DNA of 64,000 nt from assembly GCA_003021305.1 (NCBI GenBank), contig PXQN01000058.1:633-64632 (forward strand). Reading direction: 5' to 3'. Below are positions 38,202 to 47,498 of the stretch, piece after piece (within the stretch, counting starts at the first letter, position 1; each line of letters starts with the position of its first letter). The translations under genes and the position numbers were made by a program. Source of the DNA: Halobacteriales archaeon QH_10_67_22. GTDB taxonomy: Archaea; Halobacteriota; Halobacteria; Halobacteriales; Haloarculaceae. The notes beneath the pieces were generated by a model. The model saw nothing but the letters and a program-made list of their open reading frames with translations, did no database searches and had not been told where the DNA came from.

Positions 38202-38735
38202 TCACCGCAGTTCGATCTTGTGGACGAACGGCAGGTCGCGTATCTCGGTGACGAGGTCGCCGGGGAGGTCGCCCTCGGCGATGACGTACAGGCGGGGCTG
38301 GTCGGTGAACTCGGGGTCCTCGGTGAACGTCTGGCGGATGGAGATGCCACGGTCCGCGATGGCGGTGGTGACGGTCGCGACGATACCCGGTTCGTCGGCC
38401 TCGTGGACGGTGATGGCCAGGGCGGTCAGGTCCAACACCGGCGCCAGGTCCAGCAGACTGGGGATGGCCGAGATGTTCTGGAAGATGCGGCGCAACTCGT
38501 CGTCGGCGAGGATGGCGTCGGTGGTGGCGTCGACGACCCGGCGGTCGACGCCGACCTCGCGGGCGATGCCCGTGTTGGGGATCTCGATACCGCCCGAGAC
38601 GACCCGTCCCTCGTCGTTGACCGAAAAGCCCCGTTCCAGGAGGAGGCGGATGACCGCCTGCTGGCTGGGCGAGTCGGCGAACTTCTCCATGATCGCGTCG
38701 AACGTCGCCCCCTCGGGGCCGTCGTCCTCGCTCAT
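38202..38735 (-). CDS. ACT-domain regulator of amino-acid metabolism
   Basis: N-terminal HTH-like part, C-terminal ACT (LAITVHEADEPGIVATVTTAIADRGISIRQ). Its start overlaps the hisB stop by 1 nt. Confidence 0.75.
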   Translation of the reverse strand: MSEDDGPEGATFDAIMEKFADSPSQQAVIRLLLERGFSVNDEGRVVSGGIEIPNTGIAREVGVDRRVVDATTDAILADDELRRIFQNISAIPSLLDLAPVLDLTALAITVHEADEPGIVATVTTAIADRGISIRQTFTEDPEFTDQPRLYVIAEGDLPGDLVTEIRDLPFVHKIELR

Positions 38736-39322
38736 CAGAGGTCGCCCTTGGTCGAGGGCGTGTCGCTCCGGCGGTCGTCGACCCGGGTCGCGTCGTCGAG
38801 CGCCCGCGCGAGGCACTTGAACAGCGCCTCTATCTCGTGGTGGGCGTTGTCACCGCTGACGCCGGCGTGGACCGTCAGGCCGGCGTTGGTCGCCAGCGAC
38901 CGCAGGAAGTGTCGGGCCATGTGGCTGGTCATCCCGCCGACCGACGCCTGCGAGAACTCGCCGTCGAACGTGAAGTAGGGGCGGCCGCTCACGTCGACGA
39001 CGACCTCGGCGACGGCCTCGTCGAGCGGGACACGCCGGTCGGCGAAGCGCCGGATCGCGCGTTTCTCGCCCAGCGCCTCCTCGAAGGCCGTGCCCAACGT
39101 GATGGCGACGTCCTCGACGGTGTGGTGGTCGTCGACCTCGAGGTCGCCGTCACAGTGCACCGTCAGGTCGAACAGGCCGTGCGTGGCGACGGCGGTCAGC
39201 ATGTGGTCGAAAAAGCCGATGCCCGTCTCGACGGTGGCGTCGCCGTCGCCGTCGATGTCGAGTACCACCTCGATCTCCGTCTCGGCCGTCTCGCGTGTCA
39301 CCGCCGCCGTCCGCTCGGTCAT
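38735..39322 (-). CDS. hisB: imidazoleglycerol-phosphate dehydratase
   Basis: [11 protein letters not shown]...GIGFFDHML...[11 protein letters not shown]...[14 protein letters not shown]. Confidence 0.93.
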   Translation of the reverse strand: MTERTAAVTRETAETEIEVVLDIDGDGDATVETGIGFFDHMLTAVATHGLFDLTVHCDGDLEVDDHHTVEDVAITLGTAFEEALGEKRAIRRFADRRVPLDEAVAEVVVDVSGRPYFTFDGEFSQASVGGMTSHMARHFLRSLATNAGLTVHAGVSGDNAHHEIEALFKCLARALDDATRVDDRRSDTPSTKGDL

Positions 39323-39416
39323 ACCTCGACCAAGCGCGTCCGCCTATTTGGCCGTTGCGCTCGCTGGACTGGAACTGTTTTTCTAGCGGTCCATCTCGAA
39401 TCAGGCCCGCAGACAA

Positions 39417-39591
39417 CGTGAAAGCCCCGACTCGGTCGACTTGGGGGGCTCGCTGCGCTCCTCGGCCTTCGGCCTGTGGTGTCCGCTCACGGGCCGGAGG
39501 CCCGTTCGCGCGTGCCGAGGCGCGGAGAAGCACCGCAACGCAGTGAGGAGCGCAGCGAGTCCCTCGAACGGAGCGGACGGGGGCTTTCACG
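39417..39591. repeat. 175-nt imperfect palindromic intergenic element (candidate structured RNA or MITE)
   Basis: The outer arms CGTGAAAGCCCCG (39417-39429) and CGGGGGCTTTCACG (39578-39591) pair. A second 15-bp stem pairs within 39448-39463 and 39545-39559. Small hairpins lie inside. Single copy in this window. Confidence 0.6.
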
Positions 39592-39686
39592 CTGTTGATC
39601 GCACCATCCGTGGAAATGTCTCTCGAATAAAAACCATCGCTGGACTCGGCAAGGACCGAGCGTCAGAACCCGGTCGCTGCGATGAC

Positions 39687-40421
39687 TCACCCCACCGGTC
39701 GCTCGAACGCCCGGGCGGCCAGCCCGACCGACAGGAGCGATATCGCCACCGTGCCGGCGACTAGGACGAGTCCGGGGTCGCACCGCAGCGGCGGGTGATA
39801 GCCCGCTTGACCCAGGGCGAGCGGGCCGTAATCGAGCAGGTCGTTCCCGAGTGCGAGGGCGAGCGCGGTCGCGAGCGCGCCCCGCGTCGTCCGCCCGTAG
39901 TGGGGGAGGAGGTACGCCTCCGGGATGAAACACAGGTGCGTGACGAGGACGCCGAAGTAATTCCAGGTGTCGGGGAAATACGCCGCGACCTGGAGGTTCA
40001 GGGCCAGCGCCGTCCACAACCCGGTCTTGACGAGCCAGACGAACGCGAGCGTGTGGAGGTACGCCAGCACCCGGTTGGTCGCCACTGCGTCGAGCCGGTT
40101 CCCGAGGTTGCCAAGCAGCGTCGCCAGCGACAGCGCCATCAGCCCGACCGCGACCGGCGAGTCCATGTACAGCGGCCACAGCAGCGTCTCGACGTCCGGG
40201 AGACTGGGCAGGTAGAAGTGGATGCCGACGAACACGGCCGTCACGTTCGCAAACAGCAGCCACACGAGACTGGGCGCGTTCTCCAGGTAGTAGCGCGCCC
40301 ACCGCCGCGGGACCGGCGAACCCGTCCCCGTCGGTCCTGTCGGGGGCGCGCCCGGCGTCCCGTCGCTGGACCCGCCGTCCGTGCGAGCGTCGGTGCCGGG
40401 AGCGGTATCCGACGGCTCCAT
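39687..40421 (-). CDS. DUF1405-family membrane protein
   Basis: YYLENAPSLVWLLFANVTAVFVGIHFYL...MDSPVAV..., multi-TM. The start was taken at MEPSDTAPG. Confidence 0.7.
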   Translation of the reverse strand: MEPSDTAPGTDARTDGGSSDGTPGAPPTGPTGTGSPVPRRWARYYLENAPSLVWLLFANVTAVFVGIHFYLPSLPDVETLLWPLYMDSPVAVGLMALSLATLLGNLGNRLDAVATNRVLAYLHTLAFVWLVKTGLWTALALNLQVAAYFPDTWNYFGVLVTHLCFIPEAYLLPHYGRTTRGALATALALALGNDLLDYGPLALGQAGYHPPLRCDPGLVLVAGTVAISLLSVGLAARAFERPVG

Positions 40422-40610
40422 ACCGGACGGCGGGGGTCGGGACACTAAGCACTGCCGACCCTGGCCGGCGGTCCAGTCGCCGAGTCGGACCCGCCGTGGG
40501 GCGCCGAGCAGCCCGCCCGACGACACGCCGAACGCGGTCAAATTGCACGACGACATAAGGATACCGGGGAAGATTTATGCCCGCCCATGGGAGAGAACCA
40601 CACGCACAGC

Positions 40611-41018
40611 ATGTTCGAACGGTTCTCGAGCGGGTACTACCTGGGGCGGCTGTACGTCCAGCCGGGTCAGCGCGAGCGGGCGGCGATCGCCCGCGCGGCA
40701 CACGAGCAGGTCACCGAACAACTGTACACCGACGAGGGAATAACACGGACGGACCTGCCGCTTGTGATGAAACTGGGAACCACACACTTCCCCGTGACCG
40801 GCGCGGAGAGTGTCCCCGCGGACACGCTCGCGGTCCCGGAGTCACTCGTCGAAGAGACGGACATCCGGAACCCGCCGACGCTCAGCGAAGTGTTCCTCGC
40901 CAAGGCCGAGCGCGCGCGCCAGCTCATCTCGGTCGCCGAGGGACTTCCCGGCGTCAGCACCGGCACCGGCACCACCGACGACCCGTTCGGTGGCCCGGAC
41001 GGACCGACCGGGATCTGA
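40611..41018 (+). CDS. DUF5802-family protein
   Basis: MFERFSSGYYLGRLYVQP is the conserved N-terminus as I recall it. A longer alternative starts at 40587. Confidence 0.7.
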   Translation: MFERFSSGYYLGRLYVQPGQRERAAIARAAHEQVTEQLYTDEGITRTDLPLVMKLGTTHFPVTGAESVPADTLAVPESLVEETDIRNPPTLSEVFLAKAERARQLISVAEGLPGVSTGTGTTDDPFGGPDGPTGI

Positions 41019-41096
41019 TACTGCCGGCTGTAAGTCTGTAGAGAATGTTGGCGCCACGTGGCGCGAATATCTTCACGATGTTACAGCCGACAGTAT
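41018..41096. mobile_element. MITE-like element, family C (79 bp; TIR ATACTGCCGGCTGTAA, related to the family A TIR)
   Basis: The left end 41018-41033 and right end TTACAGCCGACAGTAT (41081-41096) match at 15 of 16 positions. Central perfect palindrome GCGCCACGTGGCGC. It begins at the A of the DUF5802 stop TGA. Confidence 0.65.
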
Positions 41097-41144
41097 AAGC
41101 CGAGGGGCGCCCTTTTAACACGGCGGGCCACAGTCTGTCGGGTG

Positions 41145-42041
41145 ATGCTCGACGAACTGCTCGGGCGCGCCGAGCTGAAAGACCGCATCGCCGACCTGGA
41201 GGAGGAACTGCGCCACTGCGAGCGCCAGCTGGAGGCCGAACAGGAACGCCGGGCCGACGCGGTCAGCGACAGGCAGACCGCCCAGGAGCGGGGCAACAGG
41301 CTGGAAGACCGCATCGCCGACCTGGAGGGGACCGTCGAGCGCCTGGAGTCCGGAGCCGACGAGGAACGGTCGTTCGCCCGGACGGAGACGCTGGCCGACG
41401 GGCGACTCGATGCCGTCCTCGACCGTCTCGGATCGTTCGGGACCGACCCCGAGGGGGCGTTCACGGCGTACGTCGCCGACGGGAACGCCCTCCCCGACAC
41501 AGTACGGGCGGCCTTCGGCGACCGGGCGGGGCTGGTCGGGCGGGCGGCGCCCTGTCTCGCCGTGACCGACGACGCGGGGCTGGTCGGGGCCTGTCTGTCG
41601 GTGCCCGACCCGCCCGCGCCGTTCACGGAGTGGGCCGACGGGTTCGAGTTCGACCGCGCGTGGTTCGAACCCGAGGGGTCGTACACGTTCGCGCTGGTCC
41701 GCTCGGACCTGTTCGCGATGGGCGAGTACGACGGCCGCGACCGGGTCGCGTTCCAGGGCTTCGACTCCGAACTGAAGAGCCAACACTCCAAGGGCGGCTA
41801 CTCCCAGTCGCGGTTCGAGCGACTGCGCGACGCACAGATCGACGACCACGTAGAACGGTGTCTGGTCGCCCTCGAAGACCGCGATACCGACCGGCTGTAC
41901 GTCGTCGGCGAGCGGACGGTAGTAGACGAGTTTTCGGACGTGGCGGACCTGACGGCGACGGTCGACGCGACGGGTGCCCCCGAGGCCGCCCTCGACGACG
42001 CCCGCCGGTCGTTCTGGAGCGTCGAGTTGCGGGCGCTGTAG
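41145..42041 (+). CDS. Vms1/ANKZF1-like (eRF1-fold) peptidyl-tRNA hydrolase family protein
   Basis: N-terminal coiled coil and a C-terminal eRF1-like part with HSKGGYSQSRFERLRD. TATA-like CTTTTAAC lies about 27 nt upstream. Confidence 0.7.
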   Translation: MLDELLGRAELKDRIADLEEELRHCERQLEAEQERRADAVSDRQTAQERGNRLEDRIADLEGTVERLESGADEERSFARTETLADGRLDAVLDRLGSFGTDPEGAFTAYVADGNALPDTVRAAFGDRAGLVGRAAPCLAVTDDAGLVGACLSVPDPPAPFTEWADGFEFDRAWFEPEGSYTFALVRSDLFAMGEYDGRDRVAFQGFDSELKSQHSKGGYSQSRFERLRDAQIDDHVERCLVALEDRDTDRLYVVGERTVVDEFSDVADLTATVDATGAPEAALDDARRSFWSVELRAL

Positions 42042-42138
42042 GCCGGAACGTCGAGTCGGCCGTCCTGTCGGTCCGGAGCGTCGAGTCGGGCGGTGTCGCG
42101 GGAGACGGCTTTTTGTCCGGGCGTGCCCTCCCGTGGGT

Positions 42139-43464
42139 ATGGTCGTCGGAGACGTCACGACTGGCACGGACGTACTGGTCATCGGCGGCGGGCCGGGCGG
42201 CTACGTCGCCGCCATCCGCGCCGGACAGTTAGGGATGGACGTCACTCTCGTCGAGGCCGACGCCTACGGGGGGACCTGCCTCAACCACGGCTGTATCCCG
42301 TCGAAGGCATTGGTCTCGGCGGCCGACGTCGCCCACGACGCCCGGACCGCCGAACACATGGGCGTCCACGCCGACCCCGCGGTCGACGTCGCCGGGATGG
42401 TCGACTGGAAAGACGGGGTCGTCGACCAGCTCACCGGCGGCGTCGAGAAACTGTGCAAGGCCGCCGGCGTGGAACTCGTCTCCGGTCGGGCGGAGTTCGC
42501 TGGCGAACACACCGCCCGAGTCGTCTACGGCGGCGACGGCCAAGGGTCCGAGACTGTCGAGTTCGAACACGCAATCATCGCCACCGGCTCGCGCCCGGTC
42601 GAGGTACCCGGCTTCGCCTTCGAGGACGAGCCGACGCGCGAGGCGCTCGCCCTGGAGACCCTGCCCGAGTCGCTGGTCGTCGTCGGCGCCGGCTACATCG
42701 GAATGGAGCTGTCGACAGTGTTCCAGAAACTGGGCTGTGACGTGACCGTCGTGGAGATGCTGGCCGACGCGCTCCCGGGCTACGAGGACGACATCACACG
42801 AGTCGTCCGGGAACGGGCCGCCGACCTGGGCGTCGACTTTCACTTCGGGGAGTCGGCGACCGGCTGGGAACGGGCGAGCGAGGGGATCACCGTCCTGACC
42901 GAGGACGAGGGCGGCGACGTCTCGGAGTTCGGCGCCGAATACTGTCTGGTCGCGGTCGGCCGCAGCCCGGTGACGGACACGTTCAACCTGGCGGCGGTTG
43001 ACCTCGAACCAGACGAGGAGAGCTTTCTCGCGACCGACGACCAGGCACGGACCGACGTGGACCACGTGTTCGCGGTCGGCGACGTCGCCGGGGAACCGAT
43101 GCTCGCCCACAAGGCCAGCGCCGAGGGCGAAGTCGCCGCCGAGGTGATCGCGGGCGAACCGGCCGGGCTGGACTACCAGGCGGTCCCGGCGGCGGTGTTC
43201 ACGAGCGGGCGGGCGCTGACCGTCGACGACACCGACGGGTTCGTCCGCGTCGTCGCCGCGACCGACGGCGAGTTCCTCCTGGGCGGGCAGGTCGTCGGCC
43301 CCGAGGCCTCGGAGCTGGTCGCCGAACTCGGGCTGGCCGTCGAGATGGGCGCACAGCTGGGAGATGTCGCGGCCACCGTCCACACCCACCCGACGCTCTC
43401 AGAGGCCGTCCGGGAGGCCTGTGCGAACGCGCTCGGCGAGGCCGTTCACACGCTCAACCGCTGA
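42139..43464 (+). CDS. lpdA: dihydrolipoyl dehydrogenase (E3) carrying an in-frame ~30-codon internal deletion
   Basis: GGGPGGYVAAIRA, CLNHGCIPSK redox disulfide and THPTLSE are present. However, AVPAAVFT is followed directly by SGRALT, so the usual DPEI...PF(R/A)A segment of the interface domain is absent. Confidence 0.88.
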   Translation: MVVGDVTTGTDVLVIGGGPGGYVAAIRAGQLGMDVTLVEADAYGGTCLNHGCIPSKALVSAADVAHDARTAEHMGVHADPAVDVAGMVDWKDGVVDQLTGGVEKLCKAAGVELVSGRAEFAGEHTARVVYGGDGQGSETVEFEHAIIATGSRPVEVPGFAFEDEPTREALALETLPESLVVVGAGYIGMELSTVFQKLGCDVTVVEMLADALPGYEDDITRVVRERAADLGVDFHFGESATGWERASEGITVLTEDEGGDVSEFGAEYCLVAVGRSPVTDTFNLAAVDLEPDEESFLATDDQARTDVDHVFAVGDVAGEPMLAHKASAEGEVAAEVIAGEPAGLDYQAVPAAVFTSGRALTVDDTDGFVRVVAATDGEFLLGGQVVGPEASELVAELGLAVEMGAQLGDVAATVHTHPTLSEAVREACANALGEAVHTLNR

Positions 43465-43541
43465 GGTCGTGGTACGCGGTATCACAAAGGTCTTATACAG
43501 GAACGGGAAAATCACAGTCAACGCCAGTCGAGGCGTCGGGA

Positions 43542-44183
43542 ATGGACATGAAACGAGACCAGCGAGACGACGACCTGCCCGAGGACACGATCTTACAGCG
43601 GGCGCTCAGCGAGTCGCCCTACGAGCGCAAGCGAGTCGAAGCGTTTTCACACTTCAAACAACCGATCCCGCGGAAGCTGACGATCCAGGGGGCGTTACTC
43701 GGGTCGCTGGTGTTGCTGTTGCCGCTGTACAGCCTCTACCCGGCCGAGGCCGCGGCGTACCTGCCGTCGATGGACCCGGTGGTAGCGTCGCCGAAGGTGC
43801 TGTTGCTCGGCGCGTTCGGCGCGTCGATCGAGGTCGCCACTGCAGTGTTGCTCGTCGGGGTCGCGCTGTACCGGGTGAAACACGAACCCGTCACCGAGGA
43901 GGAGGCGCGAACGCTGTTCAACGTCGAGACGTTCGCCAGCTACCTCGGGTTCGGGACCGGCGGGCTCGTCATCGCGCTGACGCTGGGCTTTTTCACGCTC
44001 GGGATGGGCGGTGAGTCCGCACTGATGTGGTACGTCGACACGATGAACGGCAGGAACCCCTTCACGGGGACCGGAACGAGCTTTTCCGTGGGCCACCTGG
44101 CGGCGTTCGCACTCGCCGGCGCGCTGGCCATCGCAATCGCGCGGGGGTATGTCGCGACGGCACTCGGGTCGATAGATACCTGA
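43542..44183 (+). CDS. membrane protein, function unknown
   Basis: 213 aa with a charged N-terminus and about five hydrophobic helices. Confidence 0.6.
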   Translation: MDMKRDQRDDDLPEDTILQRALSESPYERKRVEAFSHFKQPIPRKLTIQGALLGSLVLLLPLYSLYPAEAAAYLPSMDPVVASPKVLLLGAFGASIEVATAVLLVGVALYRVKHEPVTEEEARTLFNVETFASYLGFGTGGLVIALTLGFFTLGMGGESALMWYVDTMNGRNPFTGTGTSFSVGHLAAFALAGALAIAIARGYVATALGSIDT

Positions 44184-44253
44184 ACGGACAGGGTCCGGCC
44201 GCGGGCCCGTGACACCGCGACGTTTTTTACGCCGACCGGCAAATCGAGGGGTG

Positions 44254-45105
44254 ATGGAAGCACTCACGCTCGGTCCCGCGGGGACCTACTCCCACCGTGC
44301 GGCCAAGGCCGTGGCCGACGAGGTGGCCTTTACCGAGTCCGTGTCGGCGATCGTCGAGGCCGTCGCCAGCGGGGAGTACGACCGGGGGGTCGTCCCGGTC
44401 GAGAACAGCACCGACGGCTCCGTGATCGAGTCGCTGGACGCCTTCGCCGAGTACGACGTGGCGATCGTGCGCGAACTCATCACACCGATCCGCCACGCCC
44501 TGCTCGCCCAGGGGCCCGAGTTCGACGTCGTCGCCAGCCACGCCCAGGCGCTGGCCCAGTGCCGGAACTACCTCGACGAGAACTACCCAACCGCCGACCT
44601 GGAGGCCGTCGCCAGCACCGCCCGCGGCGTCGAGCGCGCCCGCGAGAACCCCGGCGTCGCCGGCATCGGCCACCCCGAAAACGCCGCGGGACACGGTCCC
44701 GCGAGCAGTCAGACGGGGTCTGACGACGCGGACGGCGACCTCCAGGTGCTCGCCGAGGACATCCAGGACCAGTCCTCGAACGCGACGCGGTTCGTCGTCC
44801 TCGCGCCCGCGAGCGAGCGCTCGGAAGCCGGCGCCAAGACCTCGTTTATCGTCTACCCCAACGTCGACTACCCCGGACTGTTGCTGGAACTGCTGGAACC
44901 GTTCGCCGAGCGGGACATCAACCTCACCCGCGTCGAATCCCGCCCCAGCGGGGAGCGACTCGGCGACTACGTCTTCCACGTCGACATCGCCGCCGGCCTC
45001 TACGAGGAACGGACCCAGGACGCCCTCGCCGAGATCGAGGCGATCGCCAGCGAGGGGTGGGTCCGCCGACTGGGGTCGTACGACAGCGAGACCGTGCTGT
45101 ATTGA
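44254..45105 (+). CDS. pheA: prephenate dehydratase
   Basis: LGPAGTYSH, VPVENSTDGSV, TRFVVL and the C-terminal ACT motif ESRPS. Contains a small acidic insertion. Confidence 0.88.
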   Translation: MEALTLGPAGTYSHRAAKAVADEVAFTESVSAIVEAVASGEYDRGVVPVENSTDGSVIESLDAFAEYDVAIVRELITPIRHALLAQGPEFDVVASHAQALAQCRNYLDENYPTADLEAVASTARGVERARENPGVAGIGHPENAAGHGPASSQTGSDDADGDLQVLAEDIQDQSSNATRFVVLAPASERSEAGAKTSFIVYPNVDYPGLLLELLEPFAERDINLTRVESRPSGERLGDYVFHVDIAAGLYEERTQDALAEIEAIASEGWVRRLGSYDSETVLY

Positions 45106-45157
45106 GGCCCGCACGCGACACCGCGCGCTTAAGACCGGCGGCCCGCTACGACCGGAC

Positions 45158-45556
45158 ATGGCACGCAGTAGCGACCTGTTCGAAGACATCGAGGAACTGC
45201 TCGACGTAGTGACCGGCGGACTGGAGCCGACGGGGGCCGGGCTACCGGTCGACGTGGCTGACACCGGGGAGTCGTTCGTGGTCGTCGCGGACCTCCCGGG
45301 CCACGACCGCGAGGACATCAGCGTCACGCTGCCCGACGACACGACGCTGGCGGTCGACGCCGAGCGCGACACCAGCCACGACGACGCGGGGCGATACGTC
45401 ACCCGCGAGCGTTCGAGCGACGCCGTCAGCCGCCGCGTCGGTCTGCCCGACCCCGTCGAGGAGGGAGAGACAAGCGCCTCCTACGAGGACGGCGTCCTCT
45501 CGGTGACGCTGCCCAAACGGTCGGGCGGCAACGACACCGAGATCCCCGTCGAATGA
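45158..45556 (+). CDS. Hsp20/alpha-crystallin small heat-shock protein
   Basis: DVADTGESFVVVADLPG...ASYEDGVLSVTLPK. Its stop overlaps the bcp start (ATGA). Confidence 0.88.
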   Translation: MARSSDLFEDIEELLDVVTGGLEPTGAGLPVDVADTGESFVVVADLPGHDREDISVTLPDDTTLAVDAERDTSHDDAGRYVTRERSSDAVSRRVGLPDPVEEGETSASYEDGVLSVTLPKRSGGNDTEIPVE

Positions 45557-46005
45557 CGGTCGAACCTGGCGACCCGGCGCCGGAGTTTCGCGCGCCCAAC
45601 CAGGACGGCCAGCCGGTGCGCCCGGACTGGTCGGGCGTCTCGGTCGTCTACTTCTACCCGGCCGACGACACGCCGGGCTGTACCGTCGAAGCCAGCCAGT
45701 TCCAGGCCGAACTGGCGACCTACCGCGAGGCCGGCGTCACCGTCTACGGGGTCTCGGTCGACGGCGTCGACTCCCACGCCGCCTTCGCCGACGAGTACGG
45801 CATCGAGTTCGACCTCCTGGCCGACCCGGACGGCGAGGTCTGTGCGGCGTTCGGCGTGGCGACAGACCGCGGGGTTGCGAACCGGTCGACGTTCGTCGTC
45901 GTCGACGGGACGGTCACGGCAGTCTACGACGGCGTCGCGCCCGACGGCCACGCCCGCGACGTGCTCCGGGACCTGGTCGAGACGGGGGTCGTCATGCTGG
46001 ATTGA
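45553..46005 (+). CDS. bcp: thiol peroxidase Bcp (peroxiredoxin)
   Basis: GDPAPEFRAPNQDG...VVYFYPADDTPGCTVEA. Confidence 0.9.
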   Translation: MTVEPGDPAPEFRAPNQDGQPVRPDWSGVSVVYFYPADDTPGCTVEASQFQAELATYREAGVTVYGVSVDGVDSHAAFADEYGIEFDLLADPDGEVCAAFGVATDRGVANRSTFVVVDGTVTAVYDGVAPDGHARDVLRDLVETGVVMLD

Positions 46006-46086
46006 CCCGGAGACGGCGACCCACCGGATGGAACCAATATCGCCGGACGAGGAAAAGATATTGCCCACCCGAGAGATACCCCGCTA

Positions 46087-46716
46087 ATGGCACGCATCGA
46101 ACGGTTGCGAGTGTACCCGGTCAAGGGGATCGAGGGGGTCGACGTCCAGGAGTCCAGGATCCGGGACGGAGGAACTCTCGCCTGGGACAGAGAGTTCGCG
46201 CTGTTCGACGACGGAGGCAAGGTGTTCAACGCGAAGCGAAGCGACCGTTTTCACGACCTGTCGACGGGCTTCGACATCGAGACGGGGGAACTCGCCATCG
46301 ACACGGGCCCGGGGGAGGTCCGCCGGTTCGCCCTCGAATCGGGCGTCGACCGTCTCCGCGCCGAGGAGTGGTTCAGCGACTTCTTCGGGGCCGAGCTGAC
46401 GCTGGAGCGGGACGGGGAGACGGGCTTCGTCGACCGGACCGAGATGGGACCGTCGGTCGTCAGCACCGCGACGCTTTCGACGGTCGCGGGGTGGTTCGAC
46501 GACGTAACGACCGACGGGGCGCGGCGCCGGATCCGCGCCAACGTCGAAGTGGCAGGCGTCCCCGCGTTCTGGGAGGACCGCTTTCTCGGCGACGACGCGC
46601 CGGCGTTCGAGGCCGGCGGCGTCCGCTTCGAGGGGGTCACCCCCTGTGGCCGGTGTGTCGTCCCCGAGCGCGACCCCGACACCGGCGAGCCGCTGGCGGG
46701 CTTCGTCGAGGACTAA
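46087..46716 (+). CDS. MOSC domain protein (possibly truncated at the C-terminus)
   Basis: MARIERLRVYPVKG...FEGVTPCGRCVVP. The ORF stops about 15 codons after the conserved Cys, whereas MOSC domains usually continue about 40-50 aa further. Confidence 0.75.
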   Translation: MARIERLRVYPVKGIEGVDVQESRIRDGGTLAWDREFALFDDGGKVFNAKRSDRFHDLSTGFDIETGELAIDTGPGEVRRFALESGVDRLRAEEWFSDFFGAELTLERDGETGFVDRTEMGPSVVSTATLSTVAGWFDDVTTDGARRRIRANVEVAGVPAFWEDRFLGDDAPAFEAGGVRFEGVTPCGRCVVPERDPDTGEPLAGFVED

Positions 46717-46784
46717 GTCCGGTCGCCACGGCGAGGCACCCGGGAGTCGAAACACCGAGGGTGGTCGCCCCACTCGGGGGAGAC

Positions 46785-47426
46785 ATGCCCACGTTCGACG
46801 TGTACCTCGTCACCCAGGAGAGTCGCTCGGCGGGCCGTTCGACCCGCGAGGTGGTCGAAGCGGCCCTCACGGGCGGCGTCGACGTCGTCCAGCTCCGGGA
46901 GAAAGGCCGGACGGCCCGCGAGCGCTACCGGCTCGGTCGGGACCTCCGGGAACGGACCCGCGAGGCTGGCGTGACCTTCCTCGTCAACGACCGGGTCGAC
47001 CTCGCGCGGGCTGTCGACGCCGACGGCGTCCACCTCGGCGACGAGGACCTGCCGGTCGAGGCTGCCCGCGAGTTGCTCGGCCCCGGCGGCGTGGTCGGCC
47101 GGTCGGTGTCGCTCGTCGACGACGCCCGCGCGGCCGAACGGGCGGGAGCGGACTACCTCGGCGTCGGCGCCGTCTACCCCACCGACACGAAAGCCGACAT
47201 CGACGACGACGAGTACGCCGTCGGTCCCGAACGCGTCGCCGAGATCAGCGACGCCGTCGACGTTCCCGTCGTCGCCATCGGCGGGATTACGGTCGAGAAC
47301 GCGCCCGACGTCGTCGCGGCCGGCGCCGACGGCGTCGCGACTATCACGGCGGTCACGGCGGCCGCCGAACCCGAGCGCGCGACGCGGGCGCTTGGCGAGG
47401 CGGTCGAGCGCGGGCGCGACGGCTGA
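46785..47426 (+). CDS. thiE: thiamine-phosphate synthase
   Basis: VYLVT...VDVVQLREK...FLVNDRVDLA...DGVHLG...DYLGVG...VVAIGGI. Confidence 0.9.
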   Translation: MPTFDVYLVTQESRSAGRSTREVVEAALTGGVDVVQLREKGRTARERYRLGRDLRERTREAGVTFLVNDRVDLARAVDADGVHLGDEDLPVEAARELLGPGGVVGRSVSLVDDARAAERAGADYLGVGAVYPTDTKADIDDDEYAVGPERVAEISDAVDVPVVAIGGITVENAPDVVAAGADGVATITAVTAAAEPERATRALGEAVERGRDG

Positions 47427-47498
47427 CGCGGCGTCTCGGCGCTGTACCCGGCCGGACGGTGGACTTGTCAACCTGTGGCCCCTACGACGGGTATGAGC

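Noticed and set aside
39373-39382. T5 run (CTGTTTTTCT) on the plus strand near the palindromic element
   Set aside because: No plus-strand gene ends upstream of it, so a terminator role cannot be assigned.
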